A DNA stretch of 63,826 nucleotides, filler included, from Octopus bimaculoides (taxonomy: Eukaryota), in assembly GCF_001194135.2 (NCBI RefSeq). It is 9 parts of 9 records of this genome, joined end to end, with 100 filler letters (N's around TTAATTAATTAA, not from the genome) between each part and the next. Parts side by side here need not be neighbours in the genome. Positions count along the whole stretch, not along the records: positions 29,362 to 44,083 come from NC_069002.1; positions 44,184 to 49,542 come from NW_026351484.1; 7 more parts are not named here. One strand, given 5' to 3'. The position numbers were made by a program, and so were the translations under genes. The notes under the pieces were generated by a model. That model did not search any database. It was not told where the DNA came from and saw nothing but the letters and a program-made list of their open reading frames with translations. The stretch's first letter is position 1; each line of letters starts with the position of its first letter. Shown here in pieces: positions 37,465 to 47,893 of this stretch.

Positions 37465-38052
37465 AGTGCAATGGAAGTGTCAGTCTACATGGATGCTTAG
37501 CAAAAAAAACTGGAATCAAAGCTAGATGGAACTTACACCCAAATGCTAAGAGCAGCGTTAACCCTTTCATTACCAACCCGGCCAAAATCGGCTTTGGCTC
37601 CATAGTACAAATGTCTTGATTTCATAAGTTTTGCATTAAAATATACCACTAAGCCTTAGTCGCAATTAATGTTCCTAACACTAGCTTCATGATAACTAAG
37701 TTATTTTACTAAATTCTTTGTTATATTTAAAATAATTGAAAGAAACACAGAGCATCTCAACAGAAATACAGTAACGAAAGGGTTAAACAGATCTTAGAGA
37801 ACACATCCCACCAAGAAATAACTGTTTGGAGATTTCCTGCCTGTTTCCATCATTGTAAGGAAAAGACTGCTATGGATGTCAAAGCATGGCCATACTTGAG
37901 CAGGTCATCCAAACACAATGTATGTAGATCAACTCATCAGAGACACTGGGAGCGTCCCCGAAGACCTCCCTCAACTAATGCAGGACCAAGATTGATGTTA
38001 TGTGCAGGTTAAAAATACCGGAGCAAGCTTGACCAGTTGGCCATGATGATGT
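37465..38052 (+). mobile_element. RTE-clade LINE 3' fragment, interrupted by a MITE
   Basis: KLESKLDGTYTQMLRAAL[MITE]NRS*REHPTKK..YVDQLIRDTG..EDLPQLMQD, ending in (gat)n. Confidence 0.7.
37562..37782. mobile_element. piggyBac-like MITE (221 bp) with TTAA TSD
   Basis: TTAA(37558-37561)-ccctttcattac..gtaacgaaaggg-TTAA(37783-37786), 12-bp TIR with 1 mismatch. A related right half lies at 57490-57666. Confidence 0.85.
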
Positions 38053-38299
38053 ATATATTTCATCATCATTGTTTTTAATGTCCATTTTTCCATGCTCACA
38101 CAAGTCAAATGGAATTTACTGAGGCAGTTTTTCTACAGTTGGATGCCTTTCTTGTCACCAACCTTCACCTGTTTCCGAGAAAGGTAATATTTCTCCACAG
38201 CCAGACAAGTTTTCCACAGAAGACTGGGAACAAACAACTACGCTTGTACAATGGTGATACCTGGTAACAACCATCACACGCTGTCAAGACAAGGATAAA

Positions 38300-38580
38300 C
38301 ACAAAGGGCTTCTTCCGGTTTCCATCTACCAAATCCATTCACTCCATCTATTGACAAGGCTTTGGTCAGCCTGGGGCTATATAAGACAATTTTCTAAGGT
38401 ACTATACAGTGGAACTGAACTTATTTAATCGACCCGAAAGGATGAAAGGCAAAGTTGACCTTGGTGAAATTTGAACTCAGAACGCAGTGGCAGACGAAAT
38501 ACCACTAAGGATTTCGCCTGGCGTGCTAATGTTTCTGCCATAGTTGGGAAGCAGGTTTTGTAACCACAAAGCCATGCTTG
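38300..38580 (-). mobile_element. SINE family A head fragment with a nested family B SINE (~38421-38540)
   Basis: Family A sequence gtggaactgaac is interrupted by ttatttaatcgacccgaaaggatgaaaggcaaagttgacc..gtttctgcca and resumes as tagttgggaagc..aaccac. Confidence 0.7.
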
Positions 38581-39203
38581 TGCCCATGTTTCTCATATAC
38601 ACTGTCCAATGTGTCCTCCGTTTCTTAAGACAGTAACATGAATCGGTTTCTATTTATTAATTGTTGCTGCTTGTTTCAAATATGTAACAATCTGCTTTTA
38701 AACTATACTCAGTTAAATATGCATCCCAAAACTGCAGAGCAGATCAGATAAGTCAAATAAAAGACTTCCATCTTTCATTTGACTTGTTTTGGTCAGTTAC
38801 ACTAAGGGCCTCCCCAACTTCCAAATTACACAGAAAGAATAAATTTTAAAATTCTATTTTTGAATTCTATTTCTATTTTATTGATTATTACAGTCTGCAG
38901 GATATTTCTGCATTATCTATGAATTATATATGTAATATATAATACACACACACATATATAAAATTATAAAACTATGAATTGTGAAGATAAAACATAATAA
39001 AGTGTATGATTCCCCCAGTCCATGATGCAAAAAAACTGTTAGGGGACAGCTGATTTGCACTGTATCCAGGAACTGACTACAATTTTCAACATTGCATCTT
39101 TTTCTCCCAAGGACAATACAGTGCGATTTGAGGGAAATTTGGCTGCTATTTTTACCAGATCAAATTAGCAAACCACATACAGGCTTCCTCGCTTAGACTA
39201 GTG

Positions 39204-39280
<77 letters not shown>

Positions 39281-40126
39281 NNNNNNNNNNNNNNNNNNNN
39301 NNNNNNNNNNNNNNNNNNNNNNNNNNNNNNNNNNNNNNNNNNNNNNNNNNNNNNNNNNNNNNNNNNNNNNNNNNNNNNNNNNNNNNNNNNNNNNNNNNNN
39401 NNNNNNNNNNNNNNNNNNNNNNNNNNNNNNNNNNNNNNNNNNNNNNNNNNNNNNNNNNNNNNNNNNNNNNNNNNNNNNNNNNNNNNNNNNNNNNNNNNNN
39501 NNNNNNNNNNNNNNNNNNNNNNNNNNNNNNNNNNNNNNNNNNNNNNNNNNNNNNNNNNNNNNNNNNNNNNNNNNNNNNNNNNNNNNNNNNNNNNNNNNNN
39601 NNNNNNNNNNNNNNNNNNNNNNNNNNNNNNNNNNNNNNNNNNNNNNNNNNNNNNNNNNNNNNNNNNNNNNNNNNNNNNNNNNNNNNNNNNNNNNNNNNNN
39701 NNNNNNNNNNNNNNNNNNNNNNNNNNNNNNNNNNNNNNNNNNNNNNNNNNNNNNNNNNNNNNNNNNNNNNNNNNNNNNNNNNNNNNNNNNNNNNNNNNNN
39801 NNNNNNNNNNNNNNNNNNNNNNNNNNNNNNNNNNNNNNNNNNNNNNNNNNNNNNNNNNNNNNNNNNNNNNNNNNNNNNNNNNNNNNNNNNNNNNNNNNNN
39901 NNNNNNNNNNNNNNNNNNNNNNNNNNNNNNNNNNNNNNNNNNNNNNNNNNNNNNNNNNNNNNNNNNNNNNNNNNNNNNNNNNNNNNNNNNNNNNNNNNNN
40001 NNNNNNNNNNNNNNNNNNNNNNNNNNNNNNNNNNNNNNNNNNNNNNNNNNNNNNNNNNNNNNNNNNNNNNNNNNNNNNNTACATCTATTTGTACACACAC
40101 ACATATATACACACACACACACACAT

Positions 40127-40190
<64 letters not shown>

Positions 40191-40240
40191 ACACACATAT
40201 ACATACACACACATATATATATATGCACATATATATATAT

Positions 40241-40560
40241 AAGGCGGTGAGCTTGCAGAAACGTTAGCACGCCGGGCGAAATGCTTAGCGGTATTTCGTC
40301 TGCCGCTACGTTCTGAGTTCAAATTCCGCCAAGGTCGACTTTGCCTTTCATCCTTTCGGGGTCGATTAAATAAGTACCAGTTACGAACTGGGGATCGATA
40401 TAANNNNNNNNNNAAATTCCGCCAAGGTCGACTTTGCCTTTCATCCTTTCGGGGTCGATTAAATAAGTACCAGTTACGAACTGGGGATCGATATAATCGA
40501 CTTAATCTGTTTGTCTGTCCTTGTTTGTCCCCTCTGTGTGTAGCCCCTTGTGGGTAGTAA
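40241..40560 (+). mobile_element. SINE family B (aaggcggtgagct..gactttgcctttcatcctttcggggtcg); another copy at 55390-55600 (-)
   Basis: tRNA-like head (gttctgagttcaaattcc) and conserved body. The internal 82-bp duplication across an 11-N gap is probably an assembly artefact. Confidence 0.85.
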
Positions 40561-40845
40561 AGAAATAACACATAACAGCCTTCTTTCAGTTTTTTCCTAC
40601 CATATCCTCTAACAAGGTTTTAAGGCTATGGTTGAAGACACTTGCCTAAGGTGCCATGCAGTGGGACTGAACCCAGAACCATGTGGTTGGAAAAAAAATA
40701 TCAAACATCTTTCTCTTCTATCACTAACATTGCTTGCATTTTTCCATCACCCTTTCGCTCAGGTTCTCTTCCCACATAGCTGTGTGTAAAGATAACACAG
40801 GGAAGAGAGAACCGCTGAGATATGTACACACACAATTTAGACATA

Positions 40846-40951
40846 CAAGGGGTGTTCCAAAAGTTTTGAAACCAGCTATGATGCCAAAAGAATGGTATTC
40901 TTCTGTCGTTTCCTTAACCATGTTGGGCTCAAAACTTTTGGCACACCCTTG
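40846..40951. mobile_element. Tc1/mariner-like MITE (106 bp) with TA TSD
   Basis: TA-caaggggtgttccaaaagttttg..caaaacttttggcacacccttg-TA, ~22-bp TIR with 1 mismatch and 1 gap. Confidence 0.8.
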
Positions 40952-40965
40952 TATATATATTTTTG

Positions 40966-41280
40966 TTGGCACTCCGTCGCTTACGACGACGAGGGTTCCA
41001 GTTGATCTGATCATCGGAACAGCCTGCTCGTGAAATTAACGTGCAAGTGGCTGAGCACTCCACAGACACGTGTACCCTTAACGTAGTTCTCGGGGATATT
41101 CAGCGTGACACAGTGTGACAAGGCTGACCCTTTGAATTACAGGCACGACAGAAACAGGAAGAAAGAGTGAGAGAAAGTCGTGGTGAAAGAGTACAACAGG
41201 GTTCACCACCATTCCCTGCCGGAGCCTCGTGGAGCTTTAGATGTTTTCGCTCAATAAACACTCACAATGCCCGGTCTGGG
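40966..41280 (-). mobile_element. SINE family C, running into a gap
   Basis: Reverse complement of the 30392-30780 body and tail. Confidence 0.88.
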
Positions 41281-41583
41281 NNNNNNNNNNNNNNNNNNNN
41301 NNNNNNNNNNNNNNNNNNNNNNNNNNNNNNNNNNNNNNNNNNNNNNNNNNNNNNNNNNNNNNNNNNNNNNNNNNNNNNNNNNNNNNNNNNNNNNNNNNNN
41401 NNNNNNNNNNNNNNNNNNNNNNNNNNNNNNNNNNNNNNNNNNNNNNNNNNNNNNNNNNNNNNNNNNNNNNNNNNNNNNNNNNNNNNNNNNNNNNNNNNNN
41501 NNNNNNNNNNNNNNNNNNNNNNNNNNNNNNNNNNNNNNNNNNNNNNNNNNNNNNNNNNNNNNNNNNNNNNNNNNNNNNNNNNN

Positions 41584-41927
41584 CGATAAGTCTGAAGTAT
41601 CGGACGATAAGTCTGAAGTATCGGACGATACTTCAGACAGGAATAAGCAGAAGCTTATATCTCCTCTCGGTGAAGTATTGCCTGATCTAAAGATCTGAGT
41701 GAAAGCTGCTCTCACTGTATTGTCCGGTGTCTGGTAATCCCTTCGATACCGACATCAAACCCAAAAAAAGAATCCTGACCACAGAGTGTGGGTAATTATG
41801 TCAAAGGTCACTGGCAATGTGCATTCAGCTGATTGCAACTGTTAAAGCAAGTCACTGAGCATGCGTACATGTCATACGGGAGAGTTCCAATCAGGGGTGG
41901 ATAACAACCTTATAGGAACCCCCTATA
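41584..41927 (+). mobile_element. Non-autonomous DNA-transposon derivative with a SWIM-like CxC fragment (same family as 55886-56457)
   Basis: DDKSEVS repeat and NKQKLISPLG shared with 56350-56400. Also NPDHRVWVIMSKVTGNVHSADCNC* and a similar right end ttataggaac/aagccctata. Confidence 0.55.
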
Positions 41928-42489
41928 TATAAGTCAAACTCAATCCATTTTATTAATGACCTGTAGGGATACTATTACATTATGCAACTGTAATATAGTA
42001 CAAAGTATATTAAATGCAATCATAAGTCAATACTGTGTTCTACTGTGTTAGCAGTGCCATTACATCACTTGCTAAGGTTATAGGTTATCTCGATAGATTT
42101 TCTATAGAAATTATAGCCAGCACTGATTTTATATTTTGTATTTGAGACACCTAATGGTTGAAGATGAAAAATGATTAATGACTTGTTAAAGTTATCTCCG
42201 TAGAGATAACATAAACAAGTGATCAACCCATTCTGGCCAATCTAATCTCAATAATTAACAATTAATTAGGAAGTTATTCAGAGTTGTGGCATTGGTCCTC
42301 ACATGATAAATGTGTAACAGAATTAATGCAGCTGAAAAAAAAACAAAAAAAACCCACATCAAACAAACACCTGTGATATACAACACTTAAGAGTTTATGT
42401 GTAACTTGATTAACCAAGCTAATGCTTGAGTTCAGCCCAGTTTGGTTAACATCACTGAAAATTAGGTTAAATAATCAAGTTTATATGCA

Positions 42490-43105
42490 TTAGAATGCTA
42501 TACGCCATATCCCAGCCCAAATATCATTTATATGCAAATGTATTTATATGCACCAGGTCTACAGACTAAAGGTGCTGTAGAGGATAGGGGCATCAGAATG
42601 TTGTACGATACATTAACCCAGTCATATCCAGCCCAAATATTGTTTATATGCAAATATATTTATATGCTTCAGTTCTACAGACTAAAGGTGTTAAAGAAAA
42701 CAGGGGTATTAGAATGCTGTATAACATATTAACCCAGCAATATCTAGTCCAGATATTTACATGCAAACATATCTATATGCAACAGGGCCATAGACTGTGA
42801 GTGGTGTAGAACAGGGGTTTTCAAACTTTTTGACTTGCAGACCCCTTTATATTTCAGGCTTTACCTTAGGGACCCCCTTATAAACGCTTATGAAATTTAT
42901 ACATAAATATTTACTTAAAATAACATTTAAAAGATTTCGATTAAAAAACATATATAAAATCAAATTGCCCATAAAAAGTATTTGCTGTCCATGGACCCCC
43001 TGTGGTCCGCAGACCACAGTTTGAAAACCCCTGGTGTAGAAGATAGGGGCATTTGAATATTATACGATACATTAAACCAGCCATATTCAGCCCAAATATT
43101 CTACC
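42490..43105. repeat. Degenerate 116-bp tandem array (~4 units) interrupted by a hAT MITE
   Basis: cagcccaaatat-like anchors at 42513, 42629 and 42745 (116-bp period) and at 43088 after the MITE. Confidence 0.8.
42812..43033. mobile_element. hAT (Charlie-like) MITE, 222 bp, perfect 16-bp TIR and 8-bp TSD
   Basis: GTGTAGAA-caggggttttcaaact..agtttgaaaacccctg-GTGTAGAA. Confidence 0.93.
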
Positions 43106-43375
43106 TGTTTTATGTACAAATTAGTCAGATTTAGCCTCTCAAACATAGCGTAGAATATCAGTCTCAAAAGAGACAGTCACATCAACAAAATATTGAATCT
43201 ATGAGATAATGCGTGATTAATGCAAAAAAAATAAAAATAAAAAATAATTAAGCAGTACATTTGATAGAGTAATATGAATGCTAAAGGGTTAAATACTGTA
43301 CTGGTTTCATGTTCAAAGAAGCCAGATCAAGCTTCTCTCACCTAGTCCTACAAAGTCATTTAAAAAAAAATAAAT

Positions 43376-43790
43376 AGGCGCAGGAGTGGCTGTGTGGTAA
43401 GTAGCTTGCTTACCAACCACATGGTTCCAGGTTCATTCCCACTGCGTGGCACTTTGGGCAAGTGTCATCTACTATAGCCCCGGGCCGACCAAAGCCTTGT
43501 GAGTGGATTTGGTAGACGGAAACTGAAAGAAGCCTGTTGTATATATGTATATATATACATGTGTGTGTGTATAAGATTGTGTGTCTGTATTTGTCCTCCC
43601 CAACATCGCTTGACAACCGATGGTGGTGTGTTTACGTCCCCGTAACTTAGCAGTTCGGTAAAAGAGTCCAATAGAATAAGTACTAAGCTTCCAAAGAATA
43701 AGTTCTAGGGTCGATTTGCTCGACTAAAGGCGGTGCTCCAGCATGGCTGCAGTCAAATGACTGAAACAAGTAAAAGAGTAAAGAGAAAAA
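43376..43790 (+). mobile_element. SINE family A, full-length, best-preserved copy
   Basis: taggcgcaggagtggctgtgtggtaagtagcttgct head through gactgaaacaagtaaaagag tail. Confidence 0.93.
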
Positions 43791-44469
43791 GAGAAACACT
43801 GGAAACACATTGTTGAAATCTTGAAGCTACAAGCTAACGCATGATTAATTCAAAACTATGTGAATAAGTTACACATCACACTTGACTGAAGGCTAAAAGG
43901 CTAAATGCTTTGAGAGGTGAATTTCTGTACAAGGTCCAGAATGTAAGCCAGGAAAGAATGAGACTTGTGCAAAATGGAGCTTTACAACAAAAGCCACCAC
44001 AAATAAAAAAAACAATAGCATTACTGTCTAGGTCAATGGTGCAAAGCATACATTATTATTATTTTTTTTTTTTTTTTTTTTTTNNNNNNNNNNNNNNNNN
44101 NNNNNNNNNNNNNNNNNNNNNNNNNNNTTAATTAATTAANNNNNNNNNNNNNNNNNNNNNNNNNNNNNNNNNNNNNNNNNNNNTATATATATATATATGT
44201 ATATATACATACATATATATATAATATATATATACACATATATATAGAAGTTTTCGATATCTAGTTTGGATTCTTTCCCATCAAATTTGATTGCAAAGAA
44301 TCCAAACTAGATCGAAAACATCTATATCTTTATATACATACATACATATATATATATTTAAATAATTATCGCATCCGGAAAGTTTGCTGCAAACATATGT
44401 GTTTGTGGGGGAGGGTGGTTCCATGTTTAAAATAACACGGAAAAAATAAATAGTTACCAGGGTAGCAAA

Positions 44470-45026
44470 AAAGAGTATGCGTTCCAGTTTGGTGATGGTA
44501 GAGTCGGGACAAGGCACGACAGTCAGACGGTATTCGATGACGGATGCGATGTACACGTTCGCCACACCGCCCGACCTTTTAGGGATAGCTTCCTCTCGGC
44601 CCATTGCCGGGTGAGAGTGACCACCCTAGTCGTTATTTCGCCCCAGTTCTTCTCCATTTGGAGGTCCGGACCGAACCAGACACCGAGCAATTTAACCGGC
44701 CTGTCGGTCCAGCGTCCCACAGTGGAGACGCTGTTAGACGGCATGGGCTTGCTTCTCCAGGTGCCGAGCCGCAAGCCCACTGACTTATCCCGGTTAACTT
44801 TTGCTCCCGTTACCGCTTCGTATTCTTTTAGTCCCTCGCCGACCAGCTCGATGTGCTTTTGGCTCGACACTATGACGGTGACGTCGTCCGCGTGTGCAGA
44901 CACGCTCGTCCCACATCCCAGCTCTCATGGGATGCCCCTCAGCGTCGCCAGCTTCCGCAGTAGAGGCTCAAGAGTCAATACATACAGAAGGGCCGAGAAG
45001 GGGCATCCTTGACGAACCGAACGCAT

Positions 45027-45027
<1 letters not shown>
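44470..45027 (-). mobile_element. L1/Tx1-clade LINE RT fragment abutting (GATA)n at 45028-45093
   Basis: SVRQGCPFSALLYVLTLEPLLRKL, SAHADDVTVIV, GAKVNRDKS, KLLGVWFG and LSLKGRA. Confidence 0.85.
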
Positions 45028-45093
<66 letters not shown>

Positions 45094-45249
45094 CGTATCC
45101 GGACATACACTAACATTTTTGCTACACAAAAAAATATTGGTCGAATGAATTAATAAAATTTTACATGAGTTAAGAATTCACTTTACCCCTTCTTATTGGC
45201 TGAAACAATTCATCTTTTGTCTTGCGGCAAACTTTCCTAGAACCTTTAC

Positions 45250-46870
45250 ATGCACAATCTTAGGACGATACCTCTTGCCTAATCAAATCCGCTATGTCAC
45301 GTCGGACAGTTGATTCAACACATTATAGGGTCCTTCCCATCAACTCTGCAGCTTTGGTAACCGTACCGTCTTCCGCTAGGAATTATAAAGCTACGCTTCA
45401 TCTCCCTCCTTAAAGTTGATCTCGCAAACGCTGGCACCATACCGATGTTTCATCACTCCACCAGTGAAAATTTCAACGCTTCCCTAACTTACTGGTGTAT
45501 CTTTGTCAGTCTCTCTTGCAGATGATTCAAATAGCTGGAGGTTTTCCTCGGCAGTTCTTCATCTGGTTGTCTTTCCATCAACAGATCAACCAGGAGTCTC
45601 ACCTCGTGGATCAGCATCAGCTTTGCAGGTGAATAGCCAGTAGATTCACGCGTTGCCGAATGCTATGCCATTAACAAAGTTCTTGGCTAGTTCTTGTCCT
45701 TCTCCACCATCCCATCCGACTATGGTCTCAATGGGATTGTCCTCGTCTTCTTAATCCCCAACAACGTACAACACTCCTGAAACACAGCTAATTCTAAGTC
45801 CCTACCCTGGTCGGAATGTAGCTCATGAGATATCACAAACCGGCACAACTGGTCCACCAACACTTGTGCAACAAACGTGGCTTCTTAGTCAGGGATGGCA
45901 TAGGCTTCTGATCACTTTGTAAAGTACTCCGTGACCACACACATGTACCGACTTCCTCTTTCAGCGAATGGCAACAGTCCAGCAATATCCACATCTACTC
46001 TTTCCATAGGCGCACCCACTTGGTACAGCTGAAGAGGGGCACACCTCCGCTTCTTGAGTCCCTTCTTGCGCAGCATACATCACAGGAACGACGTCATTCT
46101 TCAACGTCTTGACGCATGCCCGTCCAATAAAATCTCTGCCGCAGCCGATTCACAGTCTTCTTTACCCACAAATGTCCACTCGTAATCAGATCATGAATTT
46201 CTTCNNNNNNNNNNNNNNNNNNNNNNNNNNNNNNNNNNNNNNNNNNNNNNNNNNNNNNNNNNNNNNNNNNNNNNNNNNNNNNNNNNNNNNNNNNNNNNNN
46301 NNNNNNNNNNNNNNNNNNNNNNNNNNNNNNNNNTTAGTTCTTCTTCAGTCGACACATGCCCAGTCACTGCAGTTCGGTTACAATTCTTACTACGATCTTC
46401 CCCTCCACTACAATGCTTGCAATCCTGGTCACAAGGTGACGACCCAAACAGACAGCGTTGCCATGTACCAGCCCCGTATGGTGCTGTACCTCATAGTTGT
46501 GCTGATCCAGCATCCCTAGCCAGCGTGCCATTTGTCCCTCCAGATTCTTCAGTGTCTTCAACCACTTGGGTGCTGCATTGTCCGTTCTGAGAGTAAAGTT
46601 AGACCCATACAGTTACGGATGGAAAAAGTCAATGCTCTTCATCACAGTAGTTCCGCTTTGGTGGACCGAGCTTCTTTCTGTAGTACGCCACCATATATTC
46701 CTTGTAGTCCTTCTTTTGAGACTATACTTCGCTAATACCGTGATCACTGGCGTCACTGTCCAGGATGAATGGCTTGCCCTGGTCTTGGTATAGTAACGCA
46801 GGGGAACTCACCAACGCATGTTTGAGTTCGTCAAAAGTTCTCTGGGTCAGTGCAGTCCATGTAAACTATC
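45250..46870 (-). mobile_element. Second Ty3/Gypsy pol relic (RNase H, integrase, GPY module)
   Basis: FILDSDASDHGI..RNYC, LEGQMARWL..H..HGNA, PMERVDVDIAG..LHSDQGR..SDGMVEK and WEGPY, heavily decayed. Confidence 0.8.
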
Positions 46871-47719
46871 GTGCTATTTTTCCATAATTCTCTTTCGCTT
46901 GACCTAGATATTTTTAATTTTTGCTGAATTTCTAGTGTCTAAGAGTGGAAATTGATGAGTACGATGTTTTCTTTTCAAATATTATTCTGAAAAATTTGAA
47001 GAGACAAATTTACTTTATCTTGTCTTATTCATTTTGCCCCATCTAAATTTGTCTTTTATATGCTCAAAGAGAGCAGAGATAATTTTGTGAAATAGCATTC
47101 TGAATGTTATGGTATTTTTGATGCATTTAGAGAATGTCATTTGCTTAGCTGATGCAGTTTTGTTAGGTAGTGAACATTTGTAAAACTACTATTTTCCTCA
47201 AAGTCAAAAGTGTAGCCAGTATTACTCATTGTACCCCACCACCCTTACTGGAGATAGAGAAAGCGGGCTTTTGAAATAGCTGTCCCATACATGTTGAAAT
47301 TTCCCCGNNNNNNNNNNNNNNNNNNNNNNNNNNNNNNNNNNNNNNNNNNNNNNNNNNNNNNNNNNNNNNNNNNNNNNNNNNNNNNNNNNNNNGTGAGGAT
47401 TTTCCCTTTATCTTGATAGCAAAACAATGAAGGGAAACTTATTGAAAACAAAATGTATTAAAATCCATGTCTTTCAAATCTATATCTCTCCACCCACCCA
47501 CCCACTCACACACACACACACTCATCATGGCTTTGGAGCAGCAACAACCACTAAAATGGTATATTTTTCTTTTCCTTTTTTTGTAATTTTCTGTCATTTT
47601 ATCGTAATCTATCCCCTTCTTCCCTCCTCCATTGTACTTTCCACAATGAAGATAAAAATGAACACTGCAAGTGAAAGTGTGATGAAAAGAATTGAATTGT
47701 AAAGCAACATTTTCAGTCA

Positions 47720-47725
47720 TTTATT
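47720..47725 (-). terminator. Candidate polyadenylation signal AATAAA ~170 nt after the stop of the 47894 ORF
   Basis: tttatt on the plus strand at 47720-47725, with T-rich sequence further downstream on the minus strand. The hexamer is common in AT-rich DNA. Confidence 0.35.
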
Positions 47726-47893
47726 TAAAATTTCTCTAACTCAGCAAATCCAATTACATCCAATTGATGGGTTTTGAGATATCAATTTTCTATATTTCCA
47801 TAACTGTAATTCTTGTGTATGAGGCGCACACAGAATTTCAAGTGCTCAGTCTCTCCATGGATTAAATTCAGTCTTGGCTACGCAAACTACTGT

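Noticed and set aside
40321-40495. Apparent 82-bp tandem duplication inside the family B SINE
   Set aside because: The copies are identical and separated by an 11-N gap, typical of unmerged overlapping contig ends.
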